From positions 1 through 64,000 of the forward strand of contig CBFFSA010000006.1 in NCBI GenBank assembly GCA_965644495.1: 64,000 nucleotides of DNA. The letters are read 5' to 3'. Each line of letters opens with the position of its first letter. Position 1 is the stretch's first letter. The stretch comes from Perkinsela sp. CCAP 1560/9. Lineage: Eukaryota > Protista > Euglenozoa: Kinetoplastea. Under the pieces are notes generated by a model, which saw nothing but the letters and a program-made list of their open reading frames with translations, did not search any database and was not told where the DNA came from. Below are positions 9,057-19,376 of the stretch, in pieces. Made by a program: the position numbers and the translations under genes.

Positions 9057-11966
9057 ATGTTTCGACGGAACCGTTTTCATCGTATTAACATAGGTACTTT
9101 GCCTCAATCCATTAAAATCGAATTAAGGCAGCGACTGCGGAAAGATTATCCCCACGGCAAGCTCCCAAGGATTAACCCTTCATCCAAAAAGCCTTCCTTT
9201 TCTAACACCGAAACACCTTTCCAAAGAAACGACACGAAATCATGGATTCGAAACATGTTGGTGAAACCCCAACACGAGAGCCTCGAACTGACAATTTCCC
9301 GTGAGGACCCCGACAGCGCCTATATGGACACCGAGGATGGGAAGCTGGACGTTAGTGCGGAGGACGCCGTCGAGGTACTAAGTGAGTGTATAGCCAGTCC
9401 TCTGTCCGAAGCTGTAAACCTTTCATCGAGTCAAAAAACCCAATCTCTGTTGCAGGCGGCACAAAACTACCACGCGGACGAAAATGATATCACGTCTCAC
9501 GTCGAGCCTGAAGTTCTCTCCGGTCCTAATACCATTGGGGAAAGTCTTCATCGCAGAGGAATGCTTCCTGTGTATGAAATTACGGCCATGGACGCTCTTT
9601 TACAAAGACAGGGGGTTGTGTTTTTTGCTGTTTCAAGTTCGTATCCGAAGTTTGTTCGTGCAGCACTGTACGCACAACTACAAAAATGTGCAGATTTTCA
9701 GCCCGTACGAGGGGCTCAATCGGACAGCGCGGTGTTTGCTCTCACTCCGGCCTCACCCGTTTTAGAATCCGCAACAAAGTTGCGCTGGCTGCAGCGTATG
9801 GTTGCCTCAGGGGTATTACACATGGTAAACATTGGCTCAGTGTTGCTCACCTCTTTGTTGCATTTTTCAAACGTCGAGTTGGTGTTTGATCTGTCCTTAT
9901 GTGCACCGGGTCGGTTTTCGAAGGGATCCATGCCGTCTACGATTTCAACAGAGAGAATAGAGACAGGGCATATGGATATGTTAACTACGGGAACACATGT
10001 GTGTTTGTGCACTCCCTCAAAGGATTCGTTGAACGCTCGACGCGTCGAATCGTTCATGCGGCAGAACGGATATGTGAACTATTCACTTCGTTCCTTATCC
10101 GAACATGAGAATAGTGAAGATTGGGACAGAAGCGTATTTCGTGAAACTCAGCGTGTAATCGCAATCTTTTCTCCGTCCACAATGAACTTCGCACATAGGC
10201 CCAGGTGGAAACTTGATTTTCGGCTAGAGAATTCTAATAGAACCAACAATTCGAGTAGGAAAGACTACCAAGAAAACTTTAACAGTTATGAGGGAATTAA
10301 ATACCCGGTCTCATCAGAACTGAAAACATTTTCTGAAAACTTGAAGGAAGCTTTGCTTGCTGCCGTTGAATCACTGATTAAACATTTAAGTCAAGTTTAT
10401 GGATCTGCCGTGGTTCATATTTATTATCAAACATGCTCTCTCTTGAGGGAGGAAAATGAGTCCGTTCTGATCGACGTTACTGAACGAGCCAAAGAAAGGT
10501 TGAACGGCATGCCACTTGCAGGTTTCAGTTGCGAAGTATCGACTGCAGATTTGTTACACGAATGTTCGTACACGGCTCTGAACCTTCTGGAACCTTATCT
10601 GAAAATGTCAGCAGAGTTACCGGGAGCATACTATGTTTTACCCACTGAAACTGACACAGATGGAGCCTTTTTGGGAGTAATGCAAATAAAGTACCTGTAT
10701 ACACGTGAAGTACAGAAAACGAATGAGTCCGAAAACAGATCCGAGTTTACGAGTCCTTCCATCAGTGAGAGCTTCCTACAATTCTTCGGTTGCAATGACA
10801 CGGCCGCTCGATCGAAATCAATCAAGATTGTTGAAGAAGGAGATTCCGTTCGAGCTATGCCACCTTCCTGGACATGTACCTTACGCTGCAAAAAGGATAC
10901 TTTAAATTCTGGAATTACTCTCCTCGAAAAATACAAAATTTCAGTTCCAGGTTTGCAACTAGCATCTGAACACACTGTAGAGCAACCGATCGAATACGAT
11001 GCTTATTTTGCGACGTCCAGCATGTCATGCAATCGCTACCTATCATCATACTGGGATCTGTCGGAGAAAAATTGTGGAGGACGTTCACATACTGACAAAG
11101 TCGAAAGCGACACACATTTTGCACGTCATTCCTTCTTTTCATTCCGACATATCCGGCTCGCTTGTATTCAAGATGTCCTACTCCTTCTTTATCTTGGCCA
11201 CCTCTCGAATCCTGTTTTGCGTCACGTCAAACAGTTTCACAAGGGTTGGGATGCATGTGAATCCGCAGCCATATTAAAAAATAGAAGCCAAGCGATGGGT
11301 TCCGAATTTAATAAACCGCTTCACCTTTTAACAACGCCTCATATTGTTCCTGGGGCTGTGCTCATTACATGTCCACTTCCCGTGCCTATGACTCCGAACT
11401 TCGCGCCAAGTGATAAAAAGTCGAATATTCACATTGTCGCGAATATTTCGTACCCTACGGCAGAATTCTGTGACTCTGGAGCTTTACATCTGAGTGCGGG
11501 AAATTCAAATTTTGAGTTAACGCTTCCTGAAGTGGGCTTTCTTCCCGTATCAAGCAGAAATGTGGAGCTGCAAGGCCTCACAAGCAACGAAACACAAGTT
11601 TCTGGAAATTCGGTTCCCGAGAAAGCACATTCATTCGAAATGTCTCCCCTGCACGAGCCCTCTCTCATGGCTCTACGTGACGCTGTTTGCTACTGGTGTA
11701 AGTTAGCCCATGTGGAGTATTCGCTTTCTAATCTTCTGGAAAGATTTTATCCCGCTGAAATTGAGGAACACATCCGAACAAAGGAAAAACGTCTTATCGA
11801 GCGTTACGAGACAAGATCTAGGGTTTCGGAATCGGACGTTCGAAATCGTCTTAAGGAGTTTCGCTCCTGTGATGCAGAAAGCTGGGGCAAAGATGACACC
11901 TTTTTCGAGAAGATGAATCAGGAGGGGAAAACTATTTCTACCGAGTACGTGGTTACTTCAAGTTGA
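9057..11966 (+). CDS. Divergent NOL1/NOP2/Sun (RsmB/NSUN) RNA m5C methyltransferase-like protein, probably mitochondrial
   Basis: VFDLSLCAPG (motif I-like), YYQTCSLLREENESV (motif VI), LPTETDTDGAFLG (motif VIII-like); MFRR N-terminus. Confidence 0.7.
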   Translation: MFRRNRFHRINIGTLPQSIKIELRQRLRKDYPHGKLPRINPSSKKPSFSNTETPFQRNDTKSWIRNMLVKPQHESLELTISREDPDSAYMDTEDGKLDVSAEDAVEVLSECIASPLSEAVNLSSSQKTQSLLQAAQNYHADENDITSHVEPEVLSGPNTIGESLHRRGMLPVYEITAMDALLQRQGVVFFAVSSSYPKFVRAALYAQLQKCADFQPVRGAQSDSAVFALTPASPVLESATKLRWLQRMVASGVLHMVNIGSVLLTSLLHFSNVELVFDLSLCAPGRFSKGSMPSTISTERIETGHMDMLTTGTHVCLCTPSKDSLNARRVESFMRQNGYVNYSLRSLSEHENSEDWDRSVFRETQRVIAIFSPSTMNFAHRPRWKLDFRLENSNRTNNSSRKDYQENFNSYEGIKYPVSSELKTFSENLKEALLAAVESLIKHLSQVYGSAVVHIYYQTCSLLREENESVLIDVTERAKERLNGMPLAGFSCEVSTADLLHECSYTALNLLEPYLKMSAELPGAYYVLPTETDTDGAFLGVMQIKYLYTREVQKTNESENRSEFTSPSISESFLQFFGCNDTAARSKSIKIVEEGDSVRAMPPSWTCTLRCKKDTLNSGITLLEKYKISVPGLQLASEHTVEQPIEYDAYFATSSMSCNRYLSSYWDLSEKNCGGRSHTDKVESDTHFARHSFFSFRHIRLACIQDVLLLLYLGHLSNPVLRHVKQFHKGWDACESAAILKNRSQAMGSEFNKPLHLLTTPHIVPGAVLITCPLPVPMTPNFAPSDKKSNIHIVANISYPTAEFCDSGALHLSAGNSNFELTLPEVGFLPVSSRNVELQGLTSNETQVSGNSVPEKAHSFEMSPLHEPSLMALRDAVCYWCKLAHVEYSLSNLLERFYPAEIEEHIRTKEKRLIERYETRSRVSESDVRNRLKEFRSCDAESWGKDDTFFEKMNQEGKTISTEYVVTSS

Positions 11967-12135
11967 GATATGAGCATTTTCTGTATATTTCTGACCAAGA
12001 AAAGTCTCCCAAGTTGTAAAAGGAAATGTGAAGCATGTCATCGTTTTACGATTACCCTTTTTTGACAAAAAAATACATCTCCTAGAAACACTCCTTACCC
12101 CCTAGAAATATTTCTTAACCCTCACACATACCATC

Positions 12136-13266
12136 ATGACCACCCCCCTTACCACCCCGCACCAAAAATGGACCCAACTCCTCGACCACTACACCTACCA
12201 CACCACACGCCTTTCCTCCATCATCCGTTTCCTCTCGTCTCACCCCCACACCGTTTGCCTTCCCCCATCCCCGAAAAAAGCAACACAGCACCTCCCCGTA
12301 GACACGGAGACGAAACTCGCAACCCCGGAAAAGATACTCTCGTGTGTGACACAAACCTCAGCACTGTTCCACCCTCCATGTGCACAGCGGATGTATTCCG
12401 AAACCCCCGGGCTGGAGGGTACACTAGAAAACAATAATGCAATAGAAAATTTTAATACAATAGAAAACCATAATACACTAGAAAACAACAATACAATAGA
12501 GAATTTTAATACAATAGAAAACCATAATACACTAGAAAACAACAATACAATAGAGAATTTTAATACAATAGAAAACCATAATACACTAGAAAACAATAAT
12601 ACAATAGAAAACAATAATAGAATCGAGAACAATAATACGCACAATTGTAATAATATGAATCATCATAAATGTGAAAGGATTTCAGAAACTCAAGTAGAGA
12701 GTATTGAACTTCCCAATGCATTAATAGCAAACAGATTTAAATGTTGGGGGAGGCGAAGGGAGAGGGAACGAAGAGAGGAGAACATCATTTCGTGTCTCGA
12801 AGGAGATATTAAATCGAGAAGAGGAAAATCCATGAAAAGAACACGTCGAGGGGGATGGGGGATTCCGATTTCGGATCATAGAAGCGTGTCGACGGAAAGG
12901 AATGGGGATAAGAAGCGGGAGAAGTGTTGTAGGGGAGAAGTGTTGCAGGGGAGAGAGGGACGGGGGGAAGAGAATCGCGAATACTTTTCGAATGTACAGG
13001 GGGATGAAATGATGTACTACCCGTTGTTTAAACCTTCGGTGCTGTTGGAGGAGATGGAAGCGTGTGACTCCGGGGAGTACGGAACAGACAGCGATAGTGA
13101 AATACAGGCAAGTTCCTTGGCTTCCGAGAGATGGACAGAGAACAGGCCATACGAAAGAGAAGGAAAAATGTATGTGGTGGATGGCGTGCAACGAATGCTA
13201 TACAAAATGGACAGGAGCCTTTGTTACTTGCAGCGAAAGGTTGCCCGTGCGGCTCGAATGGTTTGA
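12136..13266 (+). CDS. Hypothetical low-complexity protein with internal tandem repeat
   Basis: 376-codon ORF on the cluster strand; no recognisable domain. Confidence 0.5.
   Translation: MTTPLTTPHQKWTQLLDHYTYHTTRLSSIIRFLSSHPHTVCLPPSPKKATQHLPVDTETKLATPEKILSCVTQTSALFHPPCAQRMYSETPGLEGTLENNNAIENFNTIENHNTLENNNTIENFNTIENHNTLENNNTIENFNTIENHNTLENNNTIENNNRIENNNTHNCNNMNHHKCERISETQVESIELPNALIANRFKCWGRRRERERREENIISCLEGDIKSRRGKSMKRTRRGGWGIPISDHRSVSTERNGDKKREKCCRGEVLQGREGRGEENREYFSNVQGDEMMYYPLFKPSVLLEEMEACDSGEYGTDSDSEIQASSLASERWTENRPYEREGKMYVVDGVQRMLYKMDRSLCYLQRKVARAARMV
12421..12638 (+). repeat. 18-bp tandem repeat (ACAATAGAAAACAATAAT-like, ~12 units) with 54-bp higher-order period
   Basis: Encodes (TIENFN TIENHN TLENNN) three times plus degenerate units. 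Confidence 0.92.
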
Positions 13267-13405
13267 AAAAGTGTTAGTATTTCGAGTTAAAAAGGATGAA
13301 AGATACATGTACAATTTTAAACAATAAAGGTAGCACAACTGTATGCATTATTCCTAGCATTGCGAGGTTCTGCTACACTTTTTTGCATGCTTTAATTTTC
13401 TTTTT

Positions 13406-14857
13406 ATGATTGCTGCGAGCTCTAGAGTTCAACAGAAAACGGGCCATCCCCAAACAGTGGAGAAGGGAAAAACGCCGTTTTTATTTAACAATCCGAAAGA
13501 CCGTCTTCTTCACTTTCTCCGGTGCATTTCTCCGAAGATAGTAGATATTCCACATTTTATTTTAGCTCAATGTAGAGAACTCAGCAAATCGGAGAACGCC
13601 TTCCCGGAAAGCAAAGAAGACAAGAAAAAATTTCTTTTTCACATGATTTTGGAACAGGTTCTGGACTGTGCGTTCGAAGCCTATCAGGAACTCATTAGTC
13701 GAGTCGTACTTCCGCCTCTCCAGCAGGACCCAAAAACAAATATCGATCCTGTCGCTTGTTACACATCCTCCGAATTTTTATTCACCCTACGGACGGACTT
13801 TTGGAAAGGAAATAATTTGTTCATGGGCCTTGATCAGAAGGTGTTTGAAACGTCAGAATACGGCACGGAGACTGCAGCAGACTACTTGACGCGAGCACTA
13901 CGTCTTACGGAGCGGAAAATTTCTTGCCTGTTCACACAGTTTCTGTTGGAAGGTTTGCATTCCTGGCTTTGTGGTTTGCCGCAACCTATTCTTCCCGTAT
14001 TGCTCAGTCCCGTTGGAGTTGAAAAGGGCCGAGAGCTCGATGAGGCATGTGCAGGTCTAGGGGAAGATGCGATAAATTTTTTAGTTCAGCTAGTATTTCC
14101 GCTTTCAGGAAACACAGATCTTTTGCCATTGCTACATACTGAGGATGACCTGCACAACTCAAAAGAGTCACCACGCACTATTAGTGCCAAAACGAAAAGA
14201 CCAGCACCAACGAAGTGTAAGTCGTCAAAACGACCGACTAAGGAAAGTACTCCGAATATCAAAGACATGAATAGAGAAACGAAGTCACCTATACCTTCTT
14301 GCACAGAGAAAAATGTGTCCTTCGTGGTTGAAATTCCAAGGGACGTGCTCACAGATGCGACTAAGAGTATACCAAATGAAGTACCAAACGAAGAAGATCC
14401 CACTTCGAAAATACCCCCAAAAATCAAGGTTTCGAAATGTGAAAAAACGAAAACAAAGAATCTTCCATCTCCCCATGAAAATAATTACGGTAAAGTTTTG
14501 CTAGAAAGCGAACGGCCCAAAGAAAAAACTAAATACACCGAATCTGGGCACGATAAAACAAGGAAAATAGAGAATGGGAAAATAACTAAGAACTCCAATA
14601 ACCAAATCTCCAAGCCTCACCTTTCTTCCACGCAACAGAAAGACCGTCTATCACGTTGCCCCACTCAGATGACGAGAGCACAGATTACTGCCCTGCGTCG
14701 GCCTATCGGAAGAGGTATTTCAGAATTTGAACTAATGAACCATTACTGGGTAGAAGAACTAAAAGAATATGCCAGAAAGCATCGCATACCAAAGTCTTGT
14801 CAACAGAAAAAGTCAAGCATGATTCGTGCCATATTGAAGCATACAAAGGAACAATAA
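13406..14857 (+). CDS. Hypothetical protein with C-terminal SAP/HeH-like motif
   Basis: C-terminal YWVEELKEYARKHRIP...KKSSMIRAIL follows a Lys/Ser/Thr-rich linker. Confidence 0.6.
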   Translation: MIAASSRVQQKTGHPQTVEKGKTPFLFNNPKDRLLHFLRCISPKIVDIPHFILAQCRELSKSENAFPESKEDKKKFLFHMILEQVLDCAFEAYQELISRVVLPPLQQDPKTNIDPVACYTSSEFLFTLRTDFWKGNNLFMGLDQKVFETSEYGTETAADYLTRALRLTERKISCLFTQFLLEGLHSWLCGLPQPILPVLLSPVGVEKGRELDEACAGLGEDAINFLVQLVFPLSGNTDLLPLLHTEDDLHNSKESPRTISAKTKRPAPTKCKSSKRPTKESTPNIKDMNRETKSPIPSCTEKNVSFVVEIPRDVLTDATKSIPNEVPNEEDPTSKIPPKIKVSKCEKTKTKNLPSPHENNYGKVLLESERPKEKTKYTESGHDKTRKIENGKITKNSNNQISKPHLSSTQQKDRLSRCPTQMTRAQITALRRPIGRGISEFELMNHYWVEELKEYARKHRIPKSCQQKKSSMIRAILKHTKEQ

Positions 14858-15116
14858 CTCTGCTCCTTTTTGGTAGTAATCGTAAAACTATCAGCATAAC
14901 TCTTTTTTATACAGAGCTTGTATGGCTTGCTAGACAAATTTTCTTGCCAGTTCAACTAAATATTCTTGCCAGAACCCTTCTTTGACGTAATAGAACCCGC
15001 AACGAACAACATTTTCAAAAATCATAAGGATTCGTTCGATCCGAGGATACAAAGTCAAGTTGAAAATCTCATTTTACATTTTGACCCGTTTTTCTTATTA
15101 TTGTGTTGACTTTTTC

Positions 15117-16172
15117 ATGCGAAGAGGATTGCGTTTTTTCTCTGCATCGCTCAAGACTGGACTTCGAAGGCCTTCCATCGGCATGCGCACCTCAACACGC
15201 GGGTTTTCGCAAGTTGGCATTCAGAGATCAACCCCGGCCCCAGAGCACGAACCCTCGAAGAAAGAATCAAAAGGACTAAAAGCACAAGAAGAATCTACGA
15301 TGGAACCCAGAAGGAACAAGAAAGGACACCTGTTCAGACCAACACGCTGCGCGCTCCACCTATTTATCTTCGAGCGCTGGCCTTGGAAAGATCCTGACAT
15401 TACGTACAAGGAGCACCGTGCCCAGCTGACGAAGGATTTTGATAATCTTCCGGAACCACTCGCGGAAGAGTACCAACAAATGGCTCGAGATTTCAACGAG
15501 AAAGCTAAAGAGGCGTTCAAAAGGCGCAGAAGGAAGAACAGGAGACTAACTATGAAGACCTGGCGCAGCATGGTTGCTCCTGGTCTGTACAGAGCTATGA
15601 ACCGAGATGAGATAAATGCTAAAATTCCCTATGACCGCAAAGCAGTGAAATTTACTGTCTGGTTTTCCCTTGTTGGAAAGGCATTAAGTGCTGCGTGGAA
15701 GGCGGAGAGTGAAGTCGTCAAGCAGCGCTACACGGAGCTTGCCAAAAAAATTCGATATGGCGCATTGAACGGACTTTTTAAGTACGATCCATCCATATGT
15801 AGGCTAAAGAAAGGAGTTCTTGTACCCCATGTTCGTGATTTCGTTTTAGCAAATTCCAAATTTCTTGAAGAAATGAAGCTCCCCGTTGAAAAAGAGAAAG
15901 TAATACCACGGTTTCGTAGATGTTCCCCTTCAAGCCCGTGGCGCAAAATACCAAAATATCGATACGCCCTGGAACATCCCGAGGAGGTGAAAGCATTGTC
16001 TGAAAAGCTGTGGAACGAAAAAAACGCCACGTGTAAATCACCTGGTATGGGGGTCCCGAGAAAATTGAGGGTGGGATACTGGCAAAGGGCTGCCAAGAAG
16101 CTTTTCGCATGTTTGCCAAAAGAGGAGCAGGTAAAATACTGCAACAAGCATGGATTGACTCTTCAAACATGA
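15117..16172 (+). CDS. Basic HMG-box-like protein with mitochondrial presequence (kinetoplast DNA-associated-like)
   Basis: MRRGLRFFSAS start; PTRCALHLF...FDNLPEPLAEEYQQMA and LSAAWKAESEVVKQRYTELA are HMG-like helices; third degenerate copy at the C-terminus. Confidence 0.65.
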   Translation: MRRGLRFFSASLKTGLRRPSIGMRTSTRGFSQVGIQRSTPAPEHEPSKKESKGLKAQEESTMEPRRNKKGHLFRPTRCALHLFIFERWPWKDPDITYKEHRAQLTKDFDNLPEPLAEEYQQMARDFNEKAKEAFKRRRRKNRRLTMKTWRSMVAPGLYRAMNRDEINAKIPYDRKAVKFTVWFSLVGKALSAAWKAESEVVKQRYTELAKKIRYGALNGLFKYDPSICRLKKGVLVPHVRDFVLANSKFLEEMKLPVEKEKVIPRFRRCSPSSPWRKIPKYRYALEHPEEVKALSEKLWNEKNATCKSPGMGVPRKLRVGYWQRAAKKLFACLPKEEQVKYCNKHGLTLQT

Positions 16173-16705
16173 GCTATAGCGAAGTGTACGGAAAACTGTA
16201 CTTCTATCGGTAATCACAAGAATATAATGAGCCGACATTAGTAAACAAGTTAACAGAGGAATCAATAACGTTAAGGTAGAATATTTATTCAGAATACTCC
16301 ACACATATTCGAGACAAATATAATATTCCTTTCAATTATACATGTACTAATTTAATGGACTTTGAAAAATTGAGAATATGACAAAATGTAGAAAAACGTT
16401 GATTTTTCTACTTTATTTTTAGTTCCGCCGTATGTGTACTACGATGTATGCTTTTTTGGACCCTTCTAAAAGACGAACAGTCCTACAGTCTGCATTCAAG
16501 AATATTCATAACAAAAAAAATTATTCTCTTACCAGTTTATATTCTACATTTCCTTGATTAACTCAAAACGCGTTTCCCTGCTTCCTTCCCCAAACTCCCT
16601 TTATCCCCCTCCCCCCTTTTTTTACCCCTTTCCTCTTCTAACCCCCACCAAGAAAACTTTCCCTAAAGAAAACCTGTTTCACCCCCTTTCCCTCTTCACC
16701 TCTCC

Positions 16706-19045
16706 ATGAACCCCTCCCCCACCGCCTCCCCCCTCTCCACCCGGTGGTCCTTTGAGTCCTGCCCCCTGGATCGGCTCGAGAGCACACGCATGGTACTCCC
16801 CCTCGGGTGTCTCCTCGCTCCGCTACAAGCCCTCCCCTCCCCGACAGTGCTCCCCGAGACCCCCACGCGCTGCCAAGTCTGTAGCGCCGTGCTTAACCCC
16901 TACTGCGCCGTGGACCCCCGGACCCAGTCCTGGACGTGTGTGTTCTGTGGGGCCCGCACAGGGCTCCCGGTACGCAGACCCAGCGATGCGAGGGAGAGTC
17001 ACGCGACGGGTACAGGAGGTACGACGACGACGACAACAACAACGATCCCCGCAATGAGTCCGGGGTGTACTACGGTAGATTATGCACTCGTTTCGAGTCC
17101 TGGGGAAATCGAAAGCTCCTCGGGGCTTTCGCTTGTGTTTGTTATGGTCGTGGATATCTGCGTGCCGACGGTGGGGGAGTTGGAGGCGTTGAAACGACAT
17201 TTAGTAAAGGTGTTAGGGAGTCTGCCGTATGGTGCGTACGTTGGGTTGATTACGTATGGCACAACGGTACAGATTCACCAGACAAGGCGTAGTGGGGCGT
17301 TTCAGCGGTGTTGTACCTATCGCGGTACCGTCGAGGTGAGTTGCGAGGATATTCGTCGAACGCTGGGGGTTGACCCGCAGAGTCAGGTGTATCTGAGCCC
17401 TGTGGCAGAGGCAAGAGAGGCGTTGGATGTGCTGTTTGAGGAATTGCAGCCGGATCTGTGGCCAGTGGAGAAGGGCCATCGTGCGTTGCGCTGCACTGGA
17501 GCTGCCATATCTGCCGCTACATCGTTGCTGCAGTGTTTTTATCCCAAGACCCCAGCACGTGTGCTTACTTTCGTGTCCGGTATATGCACCGAAGGCCCGG
17601 GTCGAGCTGTTGATGTGGCCAAAACAAACTTGATTCGAGGACATGCAGATATACGGGACCAGACTGCGGCAGCGAAACATTGGCCATCATCCATCAGCTT
17701 CTACGCCTCGTTGATGAGACGAATGGTCAGCCATAGTTATGTTCTCGACGTTTTTAGTGCGTGTCTGGACCAAACAGGACTTGCGGAGATGAAAACTTGC
17801 ATTCAATGTACTGGAGGTACTCTCCTCATGGTGGATGGGTGGCAAAAGCCGCACTTCGCGAAGAGTTTGGAGCAGTATTTCCTTAAGGACGACACGACGA
17901 ATAGACCTAAGATGTTTTTCAATGTGAGTTTTGAGGTGCAAACTACACCGAATTGGAAGGTAATGGGGGCAATTGGACCTTGTATAGGAGGCGTGAAGAA
18001 AAGTTCCAGCATTGCAGATACGGAAATGGGTATGGGCGGCACTGCTCAATGGCTATCCAGCACCATGGCGGAAGATACAACTCTGGCCGTTTATTTCGAA
18101 GCACATAATTCCAATGGTACGAACACGACTTCCTCTGAACCACTGAAGGATTACCGATTTGTTCAATTCGTGACAAAATACGTTTGCGTGAACGGGGAAA
18201 CACGCATAAGAGTCTCGACACTTCCTCACCGCATTCATCACGGAACTGATTTCAATGCGCTCGGACAGACTTTTGATCAAGAAGCGGCGGCGGTACTCGT
18301 CGCTCGCCTGTGTGCACACAAGACGGAATCCAGCTCTATGTTTGATGTGTTACGGTGGCTGGATCGCCACCTGATTCGATTCGTACATCGTTTCGCAACT
18401 TTTAACAAGGACGATCCGCGCTCATTACGGCTGGGACCTCGTCTGAGTTTCTTTCCCATTTTTATGTACCACCTAAGGCGTTCCCCGTTCCTACAGTTCT
18501 TTAACAGCTCACCGGACGAAACAGCAAATTACCGTATACAGTTATTTCGTACACAACTACGTGACGCTATTTTGATGATTCACCCCACACTTGTGAGTTA
18601 TACTATGACAGGCCCAGAGTCTCCTGTTCCCTTGGACGAATCCGCCATACAAGACGAGAACATCCTAGTTCTGGACACCTTTTTTGAGATTGTTATTCAG
18701 TACGGTGTGACCATTCAAGAATGGATTAAGGCAGGATACGAAAAGAATCCGGATTACGCGCATTTCCGGGCTTTCCTAGATCGACCCCGAAAGCATGTAC
18801 AAGAACTTTTGCGGGGAAGACAACCGGCACCTGTTTTATACGAGTGCAGTAAGTTCGATCCCTCAAGTCGCATTCTGATGAACCGGATTAATCCTTCGCG
18901 CTCGCGTACCACAAAGAATCAAGGCGCTCAGCTGCCCAATAATGTTTTGTATGGAAAAGGCTCGGAGGAGTTGATGTGGACAGACGACGTCACGTTACAA
19001 ACATTTACGGATCACTTAAAGAGAGTTGCTGTACAGAATCAATAG
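16706..19045 (+). CDS. SEC23: COPII coat protein Sec23
   Basis: RCQVCSAVLNPYC..W.C.FC zinc finger, RCTGAA, CTEGPG, FDQEAAAV, LRWLDR.LIR, HLRRS.FL..FNSSPDET. Confidence 0.96.
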   Translation: MNPSPTASPLSTRWSFESCPLDRLESTRMVLPLGCLLAPLQALPSPTVLPETPTRCQVCSAVLNPYCAVDPRTQSWTCVFCGARTGLPVRRPSDARESHATGTGGTTTTTTTTIPAMSPGCTTVDYALVSSPGEIESSSGLSLVFVMVVDICVPTVGELEALKRHLVKVLGSLPYGAYVGLITYGTTVQIHQTRRSGAFQRCCTYRGTVEVSCEDIRRTLGVDPQSQVYLSPVAEAREALDVLFEELQPDLWPVEKGHRALRCTGAAISAATSLLQCFYPKTPARVLTFVSGICTEGPGRAVDVAKTNLIRGHADIRDQTAAAKHWPSSISFYASLMRRMVSHSYVLDVFSACLDQTGLAEMKTCIQCTGGTLLMVDGWQKPHFAKSLEQYFLKDDTTNRPKMFFNVSFEVQTTPNWKVMGAIGPCIGGVKKSSSIADTEMGMGGTAQWLSSTMAEDTTLAVYFEAHNSNGTNTTSSEPLKDYRFVQFVTKYVCVNGETRIRVSTLPHRIHHGTDFNALGQTFDQEAAAVLVARLCAHKTESSSMFDVLRWLDRHLIRFVHRFATFNKDDPRSLRLGPRLSFFPIFMYHLRRSPFLQFFNSSPDETANYRIQLFRTQLRDAILMIHPTLVSYTMTGPESPVPLDESAIQDENILVLDTFFEIVIQYGVTIQEWIKAGYEKNPDYAHFRAFLDRPRKHVQELLRGRQPAPVLYECSKFDPSSRILMNRINPSRSRTTKNQGAQLPNNVLYGKGSEELMWTDDVTLQTFTDHLKRVAVQNQ

Positions 19046-19376
19046 GGGCATGGCGCCATTCCGCATTCATAAAGTACCGCTTTCGATTTTAAAGACAGCT
19101 ACAATTTGTGGTCAAAACGTCAAAGAAACAGAAAGTTCAAGTACCCGAATTAATGTTTTTGCTATCTATTCTGATTCATGATAGTGCAAATGGAACATTG
19201 ATACTACATTTATATTTTGACACACTTTCAAGCGAAAAATCAGATAGAAATCGACCTTTCTTGCCTTTATGCTCATCTAGTCATCATTCATTCATTCATT
19301 TTTTTATGATTCGGCTCGACTCATATTAATCGACTCCAAAATCCCATAATTCGGATTCTTTCAATCCTGCGCCGAA

